From: Escherichia coli
GTDB lineage: Bacteria; Pseudomonadota; Gammaproteobacteria; Enterobacterales; Enterobacteriaceae
Direction: 5' to 3' (one strand)
Length of the DNA stretch: 64,000 bases
Assembly: GCF_003334815.1 (NCBI RefSeq)
Contig: NZ_QOWO01000013.1
Shown: positions 21,921 to 33,733 of the stretch, piece by piece
How positions within the stretch are numbered: position 1 is the stretch's first letter
Layout: every line of letters begins with the position of its first letter
Made by a program: the position numbers and the translations under genes
The notes under the pieces: generated by a model
What the model was told of the DNA's origin: nothing
Databases searched by the model: none
What the model saw: only the letters and a program-made list of their open reading frames with translations

Positions 21921-22015
21921 TGGCGGAAGATCACAGGAGTCGAACCTGCCCGGGACCGCTGGCGGCCCCAACTGGATTTGAAGTCCAGCCGCCTCACCGG
22001 AGACGACGATCTTCC
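21921..22015 (-). tRNA. selC: tRNA-Sec (selenocysteine, anticodon UCA)
   Basis: Reverse complement reads GGAAGATCGTCGTCTCCGGTGAGGCGGCTGGACTTCAAATCCAGTTGGGGCCGCCAGCGGTCCCGGGCAGGTTCGACTCCTGTGATCTTCCGCCA. Confidence 0.95.
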
Positions 22016-22307
22016 GCGCCTCGATTGCTACATGGAGGCGGGGCGCATTATAGCTACTTCCTTGAGTTTCTACATCCCCCAGATCAGTTTTTTCCGCCTA
22101 ATACACGCAGCGTATTATCACGAAAGCATTATAGTTCATATAAAACCCATATTTTACAATGATATATGAGCGGAATTAACGCTACCACGATCACATAAAA
22201 CAAGAATCATAAATTAATAACCAGATATCGGAATATTCGCTCTCACAGGGATGGTTTACAAAATGCGTTATCGGTCTCAGCACCCCTATAGCATCAAGGA
22301 AAAGCAG

Positions 22308-23695
22308 ATGAAGAGTGAAGTGTTGTCCGTTAAAGAGAAAATTGGTTATGGCATGGGAGACGCCGCCAGCCACATTATTTTCGATAACGTAATGTTATAT
22401 ATGATGTTCTTTTATACCGATATTTTTGGCATTCCTGCCGGTTTTGTCGGAACCATGTTTTTGGTCGCTCGTGCACTGGATGCGATTTCCGATCCTTGCA
22501 TGGGGTTGTTGGCCGATCGAACGCGCTCTCGCTGGGGTAAATTTCGTCCGTGGGTACTGTTTGGCGCACTGCCATTCGGGATCGTCTGTGTACTGGCCTA
22601 TAGCACGCCAGATCTCAGTATGAACGGCAAAATGATCTATGCAGCAATTACTTACACCCTACTTACCTTACCTTACTTTATACCGTCGTCAATATCCCTT
22701 ACTGCGCATTGGGTGGTGTAATCACCAATGACCCGACTCAGCGTATCTCGCTGCAATCCTGGCGTTTTGTGCTGGCGACCGCGGGAGGCATGCTTTCTAC
22801 TGTTCTGATGATGCCACTGGTTAATTTAATTGGCGGTGATAATAAACCACTCGGTTTCCAGGGCGGTATCGCGGTCCTTTCCGTGGTGGCATTCATGATG
22901 CTGGCATTTTGTTTCTTCACCACTAAAGAACGCGTTGAAGCACCACCTACAACAACGTCTATGCGGGAAGATTTACGTGATATCTGGCAAAACGACCAGT
23001 GGCGGATTGTCGGTTTACTAACCATTTTCAATATCCTGGCGGTGTGCGTACGCGGTGGGGCGATGATGTATTACGTCACATGGATTTTGGGCACGCCGGA
23101 AGTGTTTGTCGCTTTTCTCACCACTTATTGCGTGGGTAACCTGATTGGTTCCGCACTGGCAAAACCTCTGACCGACTGGAAATGTAAAGTCACTATCTTC
23201 TGGTGGACGAACGCCCTGCTGGCAGTGATTAGCCTCGCGATGTTCTTTGTTCCCATGCAGGCCAGCATCACTATGTTTGTCTTCATCTTCGTGATTGGTG
23301 TGTTGCATCAACTGGTGACACCTATCCAGTGGGTAATGATGTCCGATACCGTCGACTACGGCGAGTGGTGCAATGGTAAACGCCTGACCGGGATCAGTTT
23401 TGCTGGCACGCTGTTTGTGCTCAAACTGGGGTTGGCCTTCGGCGGCGCTCTTATCGGCTGGATGCTGGCTTATGGCGGATATGATGCGGCAGAAAAAGCG
23501 CAGAACAGCGCCACGATTAGCATCATTATTGCGCTATTCACGATTGTTCCGGCGATCTGTTATTTGCTGAGCGCGATTATCGCTAAACGCTACTACTCAC
23601 TCACGACGCACAATCTGAAAACCGTTATGGAACAGCTGGCTCAGGGTAAACGCCGTTGCCAGCAACAATTCACCTCTCAAGAAGTGCAGAACTAA
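22308..23695 (+). pseudogene. yicJ: GPH-family sugar:cation symporter YicJ, disrupted by a +5 frameshift
   Basis: Reading frame switches at 22671..22675 within cttac-cttac-cttac (22662..22676); ORFs 22251..22721 and 22709..23695 together span 1388 nt, i.e. 460 codons + stop + 5. Confidence 0.8.
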
Positions 23696-23704
23696 GGAAC
23701 GGCA

Positions 23705-26023
23705 ATGAAAATTAGCGATGGAAACTGGTTGATTCAACCTGGCCTCAATTTGATTCACCCGCTTCAGGTGTTCGAGGTTGAACAGCAGGATAATGAAATG
23801 GTGGTCTATGCTGCCCCCCGTGATGTGCGTGAACGTACCTGGCAGCTTGATACGCCTTTATTTACGTTGCGCTTTTTCTCCCCACAGGAAGGTATTGTCG
23901 GTGTGCGGATTGAGCATTTTCAGGGGGCGCTGAATAACGGTCCTCATTATCCGCTCAATATTTTGCAGGACGTGAAGGTCACAATCGAAAACACAGAACG
24001 TTATGCTGAGTTTAAAAGTGGCAACTTAAGCGCGCGTGTCAGCAAAGGTGAGTTCTGGTCACTGGATTTTCTGCGCAACGGCGAACGTATTACCGGTAGT
24101 CAGGTGAAAAATAATGGCTACGTGCAGGACACGAATAATCAACGCAATTATATGTTTGAGCGGCTTGATCTTGGCGTTGGCGAAACAGTTTACGGTCTGG
24201 GAGAGCGCTTTACTGCCCTGGTGCGCAATGGCCAGACGGTAGAGACCTGGAACCGGGACGGCGGCACAAGTACTGAACAGGCGTATAAAAATATCCCGTT
24301 CTACATGACTAACCGTGGTTATGGGGTACTGGTCAATCATCCCCAGTGTGTCTCTTTTGAAGTGGGATCGGAGAAAGTCTCCAAAGTGCAGTTCAGCGTT
24401 GAGAGTGAATATCTCGAATACTTTGTTATCGACGGCCCGACGCCGAAAGCGGTACTTGATCGTTATACCCGCTTTACTGGTCGTCCGGCGCTGCCGCCCG
24501 CGTGGTCCTTCGGCCTGTGGCTAACCACTTCATTTACCACCAACTACGACGAAGCGACGGTAAACAGCTTTATCGATGGTATGGCGGAACGCAATCTGCC
24601 GCTGCATGTTTTCCACTTTGACTGTTTCTGGATGAAAGCCTTCCAGTGGTGCGATTTTGAGTGGGACCCGCTGACTTTCCCTGACCCGGAAGGGATGATC
24701 CGCCGCCTGAAAGCGAAAGGACTGAAAATCTGCGTCTGGATTAACCCCTATATCGGTCAAAAATCCCCCGTCTTTAAAGAGTTACAAGAGAAAGGCTATT
24801 TACTCAAACGCCCGGACGGTTCGCTATGGCAGTGGGATAAATGGCAGCCAGGTCTGGCGATTTATGACTTTACCAATCCGGATGCCTGCAAATGGTACGC
24901 CGACAAACTGAAAGGTCTGGTCGCGATGGGCGTTGATTGCTTTAAGACCGACTTTGGCGAACGTATCCCAACTGATGTTCAGTGGTTTGACGGTTCCGAT
25001 CCGCAGAAAATGCATAACCATTATGCGTACATCTACAACGAACTGGTGTGGAACGTGCTCAAGGACACCGTTGGTGAGGAAGAAGCTGTCTTGTTTGCCC
25101 GCTCGGCCTCCGTCGGTGCGCAGAAATTCCCGGTACACTGGGGTGGCGATTGTTACGCTAACTACGAATCAATGGCGGAAAGCCTGCGCGGTGGTTTGTC
25201 TATTGGCCTTTCAGGTTTTGGCTTCTGGAGCCACGATATCGGCGGCTTTGAAAATACCGCTCCGGCGCACGTTTACAAACGCTGGTGCGCGTTTGGTTTG
25301 CTCTCCAGCCATAGCCGTTTACACGGTAGCAAATCTTATCGTGTGCCGTGGGCCTACGATGATGAGTCCTGTGATGTGGTGCGCTTCTTCACGCAACTGA
25401 AATGCCGCATGATGCCGTATCTGTATCGTGAAGCTGCGCGTGCGAACGCGCGGGGTACGCCGATGATGCGGGCCATGATGATGGAGTTCCCGGACGATCC
25501 GGCTTGTGATTACCTTGACCGTCAATACATGTTAGGCGACAACGTGATGGTTGCGCCGGTGTTCACTGAAGCGGGCGATGTGCAGTTCTACCTGCCGGAA
25601 GGTCGCTGGACACACCTGTGGCACAACGATGAACTCGACGGTAGTCGCTGGCATAAACAGCAGCACGGCTTCCTGAGTCTGCCCGTTTATGTGCGTGATA
25701 ACACTCTACTGGCGCTGGGCAACAACGATCAACGTCCCGATTACGTGTGGCACGAAGGCACGGCATTCCACCTCTTTAATCTGCAAGACGGGCATGAAGC
25801 CGTCTGTGAAGTGCCCGCTGCTGACGGATCGGTGATCTTTACTTTAAAAGCAGCACGTACTGGCAACACGATTACTGTGACTGGTGCGGGCGAGGCGAAG
25901 AACTGGACACTGTGCCTGCGCAATGTTGTGAAAGTAAATGGTCTGCAAGACGGTTCGCAGGCTGAAAGTGAGCAGGGGCTGGTGGTGAAGCCTCAAGGGA
26001 ATGCGCTGACAATTACGTTGTAA
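23705..26023 (+). CDS. yicI: Alpha-xylosidase (GH31)
   Basis: 772 aa. Confidence 0.95.
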
Positions 26024-26038
26024 TCTATTGATGGAATG

Positions 26039-26063
26039 CCGGGTACGTCTGAGTCGTACCCGG
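26039..26063. terminator. Stem-loop between convergent yicI and yicH
   Basis: ccgggtacg / cgtacccgg 9-bp stems; no clear U-run. Confidence 0.4.
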
Positions 26064-26075
26064 CGAGATTGATGT

Positions 26076-27785
26076 TTACCGCACCGGCTCCGTCGATGTA
26101 ACTTCACCGCTGGAAACGATGCCAGCATTCATGGTTTGAGTCACTTGCTGCTTTGCGGCGTTCACGGCATGCAATTGCCCGCTAACCGTAGGTTTCAACG
26201 GGACATTGGCCTGAATATCGCCACTGGCGGTAAGCTGAATATTGCCGTCGCCAGTCAACGGTAATTCAGGCCATCCCCACTGTTGCAAAATATTCACCGG
26301 CACACCGCGTCCATTCAGGCTGATATGTGTCTGACGTTGTGGCGTTTGTGAAACACTGGCGGTGGCTTCCAGAATGCCTTTTTCAGTAAATGCACTCAGT
26401 TCGCTGATATTCACCGTGCTGCTGTTGGCGGTCAGCGCCAGCGACGGGCGACGAACATCAACACGATTGAATGTCGCGGCGGCGGCATTCAGATTCGCCG
26501 AGCCACTCCAGACGCCCCATTTATGATCGGTAACCAGCGTCAGGTTGGCACCGTAACCATCGAGCGCGGTGAGCTGCCACGGGAAGTCAGGGTCGATATC
26601 AATGATCAGATTGCGGCTGGCGCTAAATCTCTTCAGTTGCAGGCTGTTTAACCAACCGGGTGTCGTTTCCATCCACAACTGTTGCCAGTTTTTCGGCAAG
26701 GTATATTCCAGCCCGGCAATTGCCGCATCATCAAGGATCAACGTTTTCCCGTCACGCAGCCAGTTCCCTGACGTTCTGACCATACCCCCTTCCCAGCGGC
26801 TGGTGAACTGGCGCAGCGCTACGCCCTGCGGGGAAAATTCCGTGTTTATAATCGGGTCAAATAAATGCAGCGAACCATAAATGAACTCGCTAGCGTTCAT
26901 CGACAGTTTGCCTTCCTGTGTCTGCCAGTCATCTTTACTGAAGGTCATGTTGCGCAAGCTGAGATCGAGGTCGGTCACCGCCCAGTCCGGACCTTGCAAA
27001 CGAGCATCGATCACTTCCAGGCGACCAATCTGCAACGACGGGACAGAGCGTAATGGCGCAAAGAAGTCGGTTAGCGATTTTTCGCTTTGTAGACGTATAT
27101 CCGCCATGCGCAGGTTTTCCACTTGCCAGCTGCCGTCGGCGTTACGCTGCGCGTTTCCGGTTAATGTCCCGCGGGCGATGTCGGCACCCAGGTTAGTCAG
27201 CGTAACGCGATCGTTATCAATACTGCCTTCAATCAGTACATTGGTGGCAGGAACATCATTGAGCGAAAGCGATCCGGCACTAAACTGAATCTGCGCCTTC
27301 GTACCCAGCACTTTACCGGCTTTTGGTGACCACGGAACTACGCCGCCATTTACCCGCTGCGCGCTCAGTTTCCATTCGCTATTCGGGCTATTAAACGCCA
27401 TATCACGCAGTTGCAGACGATCGGCTTTGAACGGTAGCGGCGCGGTCTGGTCGGTGAGATTCAGCGTCCCGTTTTCCAGCAGGATGGTATCGACATGGCG
27501 TGGTTCGGTCAGTTGCCGACTGCTTAGCGCAATGTCGACACTTTTGGCCACCAGGGTCGCGGGCTGGCCATCACGACCAAACGTGACGTTCTCCAGCACG
27601 ATATGAGATGGCGCGGAAAAACGGTGATCCATCGCCCCGAAGGCCAGATGATAGTCGCTATTCTCGGAAACCCATGCGCTGATATGTTCTGCTCCCCAGC
27701 GGGTTTGCAGAAGAAAATAGAGGCCAGCGATCGCCACTAACAGAGCGATGAGAATGTAGAGAAGCAGCTTCCCAATAAATTTCAT
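26076..27785 (-). CDS. yicH: AsmA-family protein
   Basis: 569 aa from MKFIGKLLLY... with an N-terminal TM anchor. Confidence 0.85.
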   Translation of the reverse strand: MKFIGKLLLYILIALLVAIAGLYFLLQTRWGAEHISAWVSENSDYHLAFGAMDHRFSAPSHIVLENVTFGRDGQPATLVAKSVDIALSSRQLTEPRHVDTILLENGTLNLTDQTAPLPFKADRLQLRDMAFNSPNSEWKLSAQRVNGGVVPWSPKAGKVLGTKAQIQFSAGSLSLNDVPATNVLIEGSIDNDRVTLTNLGADIARGTLTGNAQRNADGSWQVENLRMADIRLQSEKSLTDFFAPLRSVPSLQIGRLEVIDARLQGPDWAVTDLDLSLRNMTFSKDDWQTQEGKLSMNASEFIYGSLHLFDPIINTEFSPQGVALRQFTSRWEGGMVRTSGNWLRDGKTLILDDAAIAGLEYTLPKNWQQLWMETTPGWLNSLQLKRFSASRNLIIDIDPDFPWQLTALDGYGANLTLVTDHKWGVWSGSANLNAAAATFNRVDVRRPSLALTANSSTVNISELSAFTEKGILEATASVSQTPQRQTHISLNGRGVPVNILQQWGWPELPLTGDGNIQLTASGDIQANVPLKPTVSGQLHAVNAAKQQVTQTMNAGIVSSGEVTSTEPVR

Positions 27786-27905
27786 GGTCTTCCATCCCGT
27801 GAAATGCACATAAGGGAGTTATGCACGATTTACGCGCAATCCTCAAGGCGGGAATGGTTAAAGAGGTGAGACTGCGGCGGTAATTATCTTACCGCCGCCA
27901 GTGAA

Positions 27906-29297
27906 TTACTGTTTTTCTGGTGGGAAAATCAGATTCAGCACGATGGCAGTAATACCGCCCGCGGCGATCCCGGAGGAGAGCAGGTTTTTCAGCCATTCAG
28001 GGGCAAACTGCAAAATCAGCGGCTGCTGAGACACGCCCAGACCAACCGCCAGCGACAGCGCGATAATCAGAATCGCCCGACGGTTCAGCGGCTCACGAGA
28101 AACGATACGCACACCGGAGGCGGCGATGGTGCCAAACATTACAAGCGTTGCGCCGCCCAGAACCGGTTCTGGAATGTGTTGTACAAAACCGCTCACTGCC
28201 GGGAACAGACCCAGCACGATCAACATCAGCGCGACGACAAAACCGACATAGCGGCTGGCAACACCAGTCAACTGGATCACTCCGTTGTTTTGCCCGAAGC
28301 AGGAGTTCGGGAAGGTGTTAAACACCGCCGAAACAAACGAGTTCAGGCCGTTTGCCAGCACGCCGCCTTTCAGGCGTTTCATGTACAGCGGACCGGACAC
28401 TGGCTGTTCGGAAACGTCAGAGGTCGCCGTGATATCGCCAATGGTTTCCAGCGAAGTGATCATAAAGACCAGCATCAGCGGCAGCAGCAGACTCCATTCA
28501 ATGCCAAGACCGTAATAGAGCGGCGTTGGCACCATAATCAGTTCTTGCGTCATAGGTTCGTTGCTTTCTGGCAACATGCCCATAAACCACGCCAGCGCAT
28601 ATCCGGCCGCCATCGCAATTACCAGTGAGGCCACGCGTAAGTAAGGGTTACGTTGACGGTTAAGCAGGATAATTAAGGCTAAGACCACGCCTGCCAGCAG
28701 CAGATTTTTCGGTGCGCCGAAGGTGTTATCGCTCATGGCTGCGTAACCGCCGCCAATGGACGTTAACCCAACCTGAATTAGCGACAGGCCGATAATCATC
28801 ACCACAACGCCAGAAACCAGCGGCGTAATAATGCGGCGCGCCAGATGCAGAACGCGGGAGATCACCATCTCGGTGCAACTTGCCAGCATCAACGTGCCGA
28901 ACAAAGCCGCCATCATGGTAGGAACATCAGCACCACCGGTTTTCAGCGCGGTACCGCCCATAATCAGCGGGGCAACAAAGTTGAAGCTGGTGCCCTGAAT
29001 AGACAACAGCCCGGAGCCAACCGGACCCCAGGCCTTAATTTGAATAATCGATGCCACACCGGAGGCAAACAGCGACATACTAATAATGTGTTGCGTGTCT
29101 TGTGCCGGTAAACCCAGCGCCTGGCAGATTAATAGCGCTGGCGTGATCACCGCAACGAACATCGCCAGCAGATGCTGACAGGCGGCAAACAGGGTTTGAG
29201 GAAGCGGCGGACGATCTTCAAGACGGTAAATCAGTTCGCTGTTTTGAGTCTGCGCAACCGGTTGCGCATTTTCTGACTCGAGGGTGGAAACAGACAT
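27906..29297 (-). CDS. xanP: Xanthine permease (NCS2)
   Basis: 463 aa from [10 protein letters not shown]... Confidence 0.9.
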
Positions 29298-29576
29298 CGA
29301 AAACAATCCCGTGGTAGCAAAGCGGGCATTTTAGCTGACCGAAAGAGAAAAGCAAACGTTTGCCACATCCTCATCTAAATATTTAAATGAGATAAATGCA
29401 CTTTTTTATATAACTTTTGGTATTTTTCTGCTTAAAATCCATGCCATTTGTTCATTAACAGCTGAGAATTTGACCCAGGAAAGCATAACTCGATACCCGT
29501 CATAGTTCATGAAGTTGCCACTGCGCGATGAAGTATGACGAGTATGAAAGAGTGATGCGGATACAAAGGAGTAACT

Positions 29577-30782
29577 ATGTTTCATCTCGATACTTTAGCA
29601 ACGCTTGTTGCCGCAACGCTGACGTTGCTGCTCGGGCGTAAGTTGGTCCATTCCGTCTCCTTTTTGAAGAAATACACCATACCGGAACCTGTTGCGGGTG
29701 GTTTGTTGGTGGCGCTGGCGCTACTAGTACTGAAAAAAAGCATGGGCTGGGAAGTCAACTTTGATATGTCCCTGCGCGATCCGTTAATGCTGGCTTTCTT
29801 CGCCACCATTGGCCTGAACGCCAACATTGCCAGTTTGCGTGCCGGTGGGCGTGTGGTTGGCATCTTCTTGATTGTGGTTGTTGGTCTGTTGGTGATGCAA
29901 AATGCCATTGGCATTGGTATGGCTAGCTTGTTAGGGCTTGATCCGCTGATGGGGCTGTTGGCCGGTTCTATTACGCTTTCCGGCGGTCACGGTACGGGCG
30001 CTGCGTGGAGTAAATTGTTCATTGAACGTTATGGCTTCACCAATGCGACGGAAGTGGCGATGGCCTGTGCAACGTTCGGTCTGGTGCTGGGCGGCTTGAT
30101 TGGCGGTCCGGTGGCGCGCTATCTGGTGAAACACTCCACCACGCCGAACGGTATTCCGGATGACCAGGAAGTCCCGACGGCGTTTGAAAAGCCGGATGTG
30201 GGACGCATGATCACCTCGTTGGTGCTGATTGAAACTATCGCGCTGATTGCTATCTGCCTGACGGTGGGGAAAATTGTTGCGCAACTTTTGGCTGGCACTG
30301 CTTTTGAACTGCCGACCTTCGTCTGTGTACTGTTTGTTGGCGTGATTCTGAGCAACGGTCTGTCAATAATGGGCTTTTACCGCGTCTTTGAGCGTGCGGT
30401 ATCCGTGCTGGGTAACGTAAGCTTGTCGTTGTTCCTGGCGATGGCGTTGATGGGGCTGAAACTGTGGGAGCTGGCTTCGCTGGCGCTGCCGATGCTGGCG
30501 ATTCTGGTGGTACAGACCATCTTCATGGCGTTGTATGCCATCTTCGTTACCTGGCGCATGATGGGCAAAAACTACGATGCGGCAGTGCTGGCTGCGGGTC
30601 ACTGTGGTTTTGGCCTCGGTGCAACGCCAACGGCAATCGCCAACATGCAGGCGATCACTGAACGCTTTGGCCCGTCGCACATGGCGTTTTTGGTGGTGCC
30701 GATGGTCGGTGCGTTCTTTATCGATATCGTCAATGCGCTGGTAATTAAGTTGTATTTGATGTTGCCGATTTTTGCCGGTTAA
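29577..30782 (+). CDS. gltS: Sodium/glutamate symporter
   Basis: 401 aa. Confidence 0.95.
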   Translation: MFHLDTLATLVAATLTLLLGRKLVHSVSFLKKYTIPEPVAGGLLVALALLVLKKSMGWEVNFDMSLRDPLMLAFFATIGLNANIASLRAGGRVVGIFLIVVVGLLVMQNAIGIGMASLLGLDPLMGLLAGSITLSGGHGTGAAWSKLFIERYGFTNATEVAMACATFGLVLGGLIGGPVARYLVKHSTTPNGIPDDQEVPTAFEKPDVGRMITSLVLIETIALIAICLTVGKIVAQLLAGTAFELPTFVCVLFVGVILSNGLSIMGFYRVFERAVSVLGNVSLSLFLAMALMGLKLWELASLALPMLAILVVQTIFMALYAIFVTWRMMGKNYDAAVLAAGHCGFGLGATPTAIANMQAITERFGPSHMAFLVVPMVGAFFIDIVNALVIKLYLMLPIFAG

Positions 30783-30822
30783 CCGATGAAGCGGCGGTAG
30801 AAGTGCCGCCGCAACAAAGACA

Positions 30823-30855
30823 AATGCCTGATACGCTTCGCTTATCAAGCCTGCG
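30823..30855. repeat. REP-like sequence between gltS and recG
   Basis: gcctgatacgcttcgcttatcaagcctgcg resembles the REP consensus. Confidence 0.3.
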
Positions 30856-30950
30856 TATTGATTCATAATTTATTGAATTTGTAGGGTGATGAATCGCATC
30901 CGGCAGGAAGGTAGGGTAACCTGAAATGGCGGTCTTCTCACTGCCGCCTT

Positions 30951-33032
30951 TTACGCATTCGAGTAACGTTCCGTCTCCGGCATCCAGCGTTCTATCAGGG
31001 CTTTTGCCTGTTGTGGGTAACGTTCGTGAATATGGCGTGCCAGGCGCTGAACTTCCGGGATCATCGCCTGATCGCGCAGTAAATCCGCCACTTTAAATTC
31101 AGCATTACCCGTCTGACGCGTGCCTAACAATTCGCCAGGGCCGCGAATCTCCAGATCTTTTTGCGCAATCACAAAACCGTCGTTACTGTCGCGCAGCACT
31201 TGCAGGCGAATTTGCGCCGTTTTAGAAAGCGGCGTTTTGTAGAGCAGCACGCAGTGAGAAGCCACCGCGCCACGACCTACGCGCCCGCGCAGCTGGTGTA
31301 ACTGCGCCAGACCCAGACGCTCCGGGTTTTCGATAATCATCAGACTGGCGTTAGGCACATCAACGCCGACTTCAATAACGGTTGTGGCAACCAGCAGGTG
31401 TAGCTCACCTTGTTTAAACGACGCCATCACCGCCTGTTTCTCGGCAGGTTTCATCCGCCCGTGTACCAGGCCAACGTTCAACTCTGGTAGCGCCAGTTTC
31501 AACTCTTCCCAGGTAGCTTCCGCCGCCTGCGCTTCCAGCAATTCCGACTCTTCAATCAACGTACAAACCCAGTATGCCTGACGACCTTCAGTTATGCAGG
31601 CGTGGTGCACGCGGTCAATGATGTCGGTACGGCGGGTATCAGGAATAGCGACCGTAGTCACTGGCGTGCGGCCTGGCGGCAGCTCATCTATCACCGAGGT
31701 ATCGAGATCGGCATACGCAGTCATTGCCAGCGTGCGGGGGATCGGCGTGGCGGTCATGATCAACTGATGCGGATGGAAGCCCTGCTGCTGGCCTTTCTCC
31801 CACAATGCCAGACGCTGATGCACGCCAAAACGATGCTGTTCGTCGATAATCACCAGCGCCAGGCCGTTAAACTGCACCTGTTCCTGGAAGATGGCGTGTG
31901 TACCGACAATCATCTGCACCTGACCGCTGGCGATGGCTTCCTGCTGTGCCAGCCGTGCTTTACCTTTCTGCTTACCGGCGAGCCAGCCCACTTCGATACC
32001 GAGCGGTGCAAACCAGTTGCGGAAGTTATTGGCGTGCTGCTCGGCGAGTAATTCGGTTGGTGCCATCAATGCTACCTGTTTGCCGTGGGCAATCGCACGC
32101 AACGCGGCGAGGGCGGCGACCAGCGTTTTACCGGAACCTACATCGCCCTGCACCAGACGCATCATCGGCACATCCAGCGCCATATCGCGCTCGATCTCCG
32201 CCACTACGCGTGCCTGTGCGCCCGTTGGCTTGAACGGTAAGGCGGCGAGGAGTTTATTTTTCAGCGTGTCATTGGCGCTCAGCGGCTGGGCATGAAAACG
32301 CTGTGCTCCGGCACGTAAGGCTAACATGCTGAGGTTGTGCGCCAGCAGTTCTTCCAGAATCAGACGACGTTGCGCCGGATGCTGCCCGGTTTCCAGATCG
32401 CTAAGCTGTAGCGTCGGTGGCGGGCGGTGCAAAGTGCGCAACGCTTCCGGTAGCGTCATCATTCCTTGTGACAGTTCCGGCGGCAGGAGTTCTTCAATGG
32501 CGCAGGTGTCGAGCAGATCCAGCGCCTGGTCGGTTAATTTACGCAGCGTGGCCTGCTTTACGCCTTCCGTTGTTGGATAAACCGGCGTGAGCGTTTCCTG
32601 TAATTCTGGCGTGCTGAGATCGCCCTGCACGCGGTATTCCGGGTGGATCATCTCCGCACCATATTTACCGCGCTTTGCTTCGCCATAAGCCAGTACACGG
32701 CGGCCCGCCGCCAGGCTATTTTTCATTGCCGCGCTGAAATTGAAAAAGCGCATGGTGAGGATGCCGGAACCGTCGCTGATCTGGCAGGTCATCATCCGCC
32801 GACCGCCGAAGGAGATATTGCAGTTCAGCACTTCGCCTTCCACCGTGGCATAAACGCCCGGCAGTAGTTCTCCGATGGGGTAGAGATGGGTGCGATCTTC
32901 GTAGCGCAGGGGAAGGTGTAAGAGTAGATCCTGCACGGTATGCAGGTTGATTTTCGCCAGTTTGTTACTAAGTGCTGCGCCAACGCCCGTTAGGGAACTG
33001 AGTGGGACAGCATCTAACAGGCGACCTTTCAT
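30951..33032 (-). CDS. recG: ATP-dependent DNA helicase RecG
   Basis: 693 aa from MKGRLLDAVPL...; DEQH helicase motifs. Confidence 0.95.
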   Translation of the reverse strand: MKGRLLDAVPLSSLTGVGAALSNKLAKINLHTVQDLLLHLPLRYEDRTHLYPIGELLPGVYATVEGEVLNCNISFGGRRMMTCQISDGSGILTMRFFNFSAAMKNSLAAGRRVLAYGEAKRGKYGAEMIHPEYRVQGDLSTPELQETLTPVYPTTEGVKQATLRKLTDQALDLLDTCAIEELLPPELSQGMMTLPEALRTLHRPPPTLQLSDLETGQHPAQRRLILEELLAHNLSMLALRAGAQRFHAQPLSANDTLKNKLLAALPFKPTGAQARVVAEIERDMALDVPMMRLVQGDVGSGKTLVAALAALRAIAHGKQVALMAPTELLAEQHANNFRNWFAPLGIEVGWLAGKQKGKARLAQQEAIASGQVQMIVGTHAIFQEQVQFNGLALVIIDEQHRFGVHQRLALWEKGQQQGFHPHQLIMTATPIPRTLAMTAYADLDTSVIDELPPGRTPVTTVAIPDTRRTDIIDRVHHACITEGRQAYWVCTLIEESELLEAQAAEATWEELKLALPELNVGLVHGRMKPAEKQAVMASFKQGELHLLVATTVIEVGVDVPNASLMIIENPERLGLAQLHQLRGRVGRGAVASHCVLLYKTPLSKTAQIRLQVLRDSNDGFVIAQKDLEIRGPGELLGTRQTGNAEFKVADLLRDQAMIPEVQRLARHIHERYPQQAKALIERWMPETERYSNA

Positions 33033-33037
33033 GGCAC

Positions 33038-33727
33038 TTACCCTGCAGCCTGCATAGTAGCCCACCAGTCGGCATCAGCTTCGATCTCGCCTTGCTGATT
33101 GACGTGGGGATAAGGCAGGCCTTTGCGTTTTGCGACTTTCGCCAGCACCGGATAGCCGCCTTCAAACAACAGGCGTTGTTGCTCTGCTTCCGGCAACATG
33201 CTGTTTTCACGCAGGTACATGCCTGCATTTTGCCGCTGACGCTGGGCTTCGTAAAGAATGAGGGCTGAGGCAACGGAAACATTCAGCGACTGCACCATGC
33301 CGATCATCGGAATGATGATGTCCTGATCCGCCAGGGCCAATGCTTCCTGCGTGATGCCCGTTTTCTCCTGTCCCATCAAAATGCAGGTCGGGCGAGTGTA
33401 ATCAATTTCGCGGAAATCGACAGCGTTATCAGAAAGATGGGTTGCCAGAATCTGCATGCCCTGGCCTTTGAGATGAGCGACGGCATCGCCAATGGTGCGG
33501 TGTGTTTTCACCTGTACCCAGCTGTTACTACCCGCCGCTGCCGAAGCCATGGTGCGCATGCGGCTACCAGGCCAGACGGCGTGAACTTCATGTACGCCAA
33601 CGGCATCTGCGGTACGAATAATCGCAGAAACGTTATGAGGTTTGTGGACCTGCTCCATGCAGACGGTCAGATCAGGCTGCCGCCTGGCGAGCATTTCGCA
33701 GATGCGTGCATAACGTGTTGGGTTCAT
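33038..33727 (-). CDS. trmH: tRNA (Gm18) 2'-O-methyltransferase
   Basis: 229 aa. Confidence 0.9.
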   Translation of the reverse strand: MNPTRYARICEMLARRQPDLTVCMEQVHKPHNVSAIIRTADAVGVHEVHAVWPGSRMRTMASAAAGSNSWVQVKTHRTIGDAVAHLKGQGMQILATHLSDNAVDFREIDYTRPTCILMGQEKTGITQEALALADQDIIIPMIGMVQSLNVSVASALILYEAQRQRQNAGMYLRENSMLPEAEQQRLLFEGGYPVLAKVAKRKGLPYPHVNQQGEIEADADWWATMQAAG

Positions 33728-33733
33728 AAAACA

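Noticed and set aside
21812-21997. 61-aa ORF overlapping selC
   Set aside because: It overlaps the tRNA-Sec gene on the same strand; an ORF-caller artefact.
26039-26063. Stem-loops between convergent genes (also 1331..1361 and 47911..47932) as possible mobile-element inverted repeats
   Set aside because: Single short GC-rich hairpins with no flanking direct repeats or transposase; consistent with terminators or REP-type structures.
30363-30866. 167-aa ORF antisense to gltS (similar cases at 8183..8635, 3039..3494, 12735..13169 and 31602..32295)
   Set aside because: Antisense or nested frames inside well-supported genes, His/Arg/Gln-rich and low-complexity, with no ribosome-binding sites; typical of GC-rich coding DNA.
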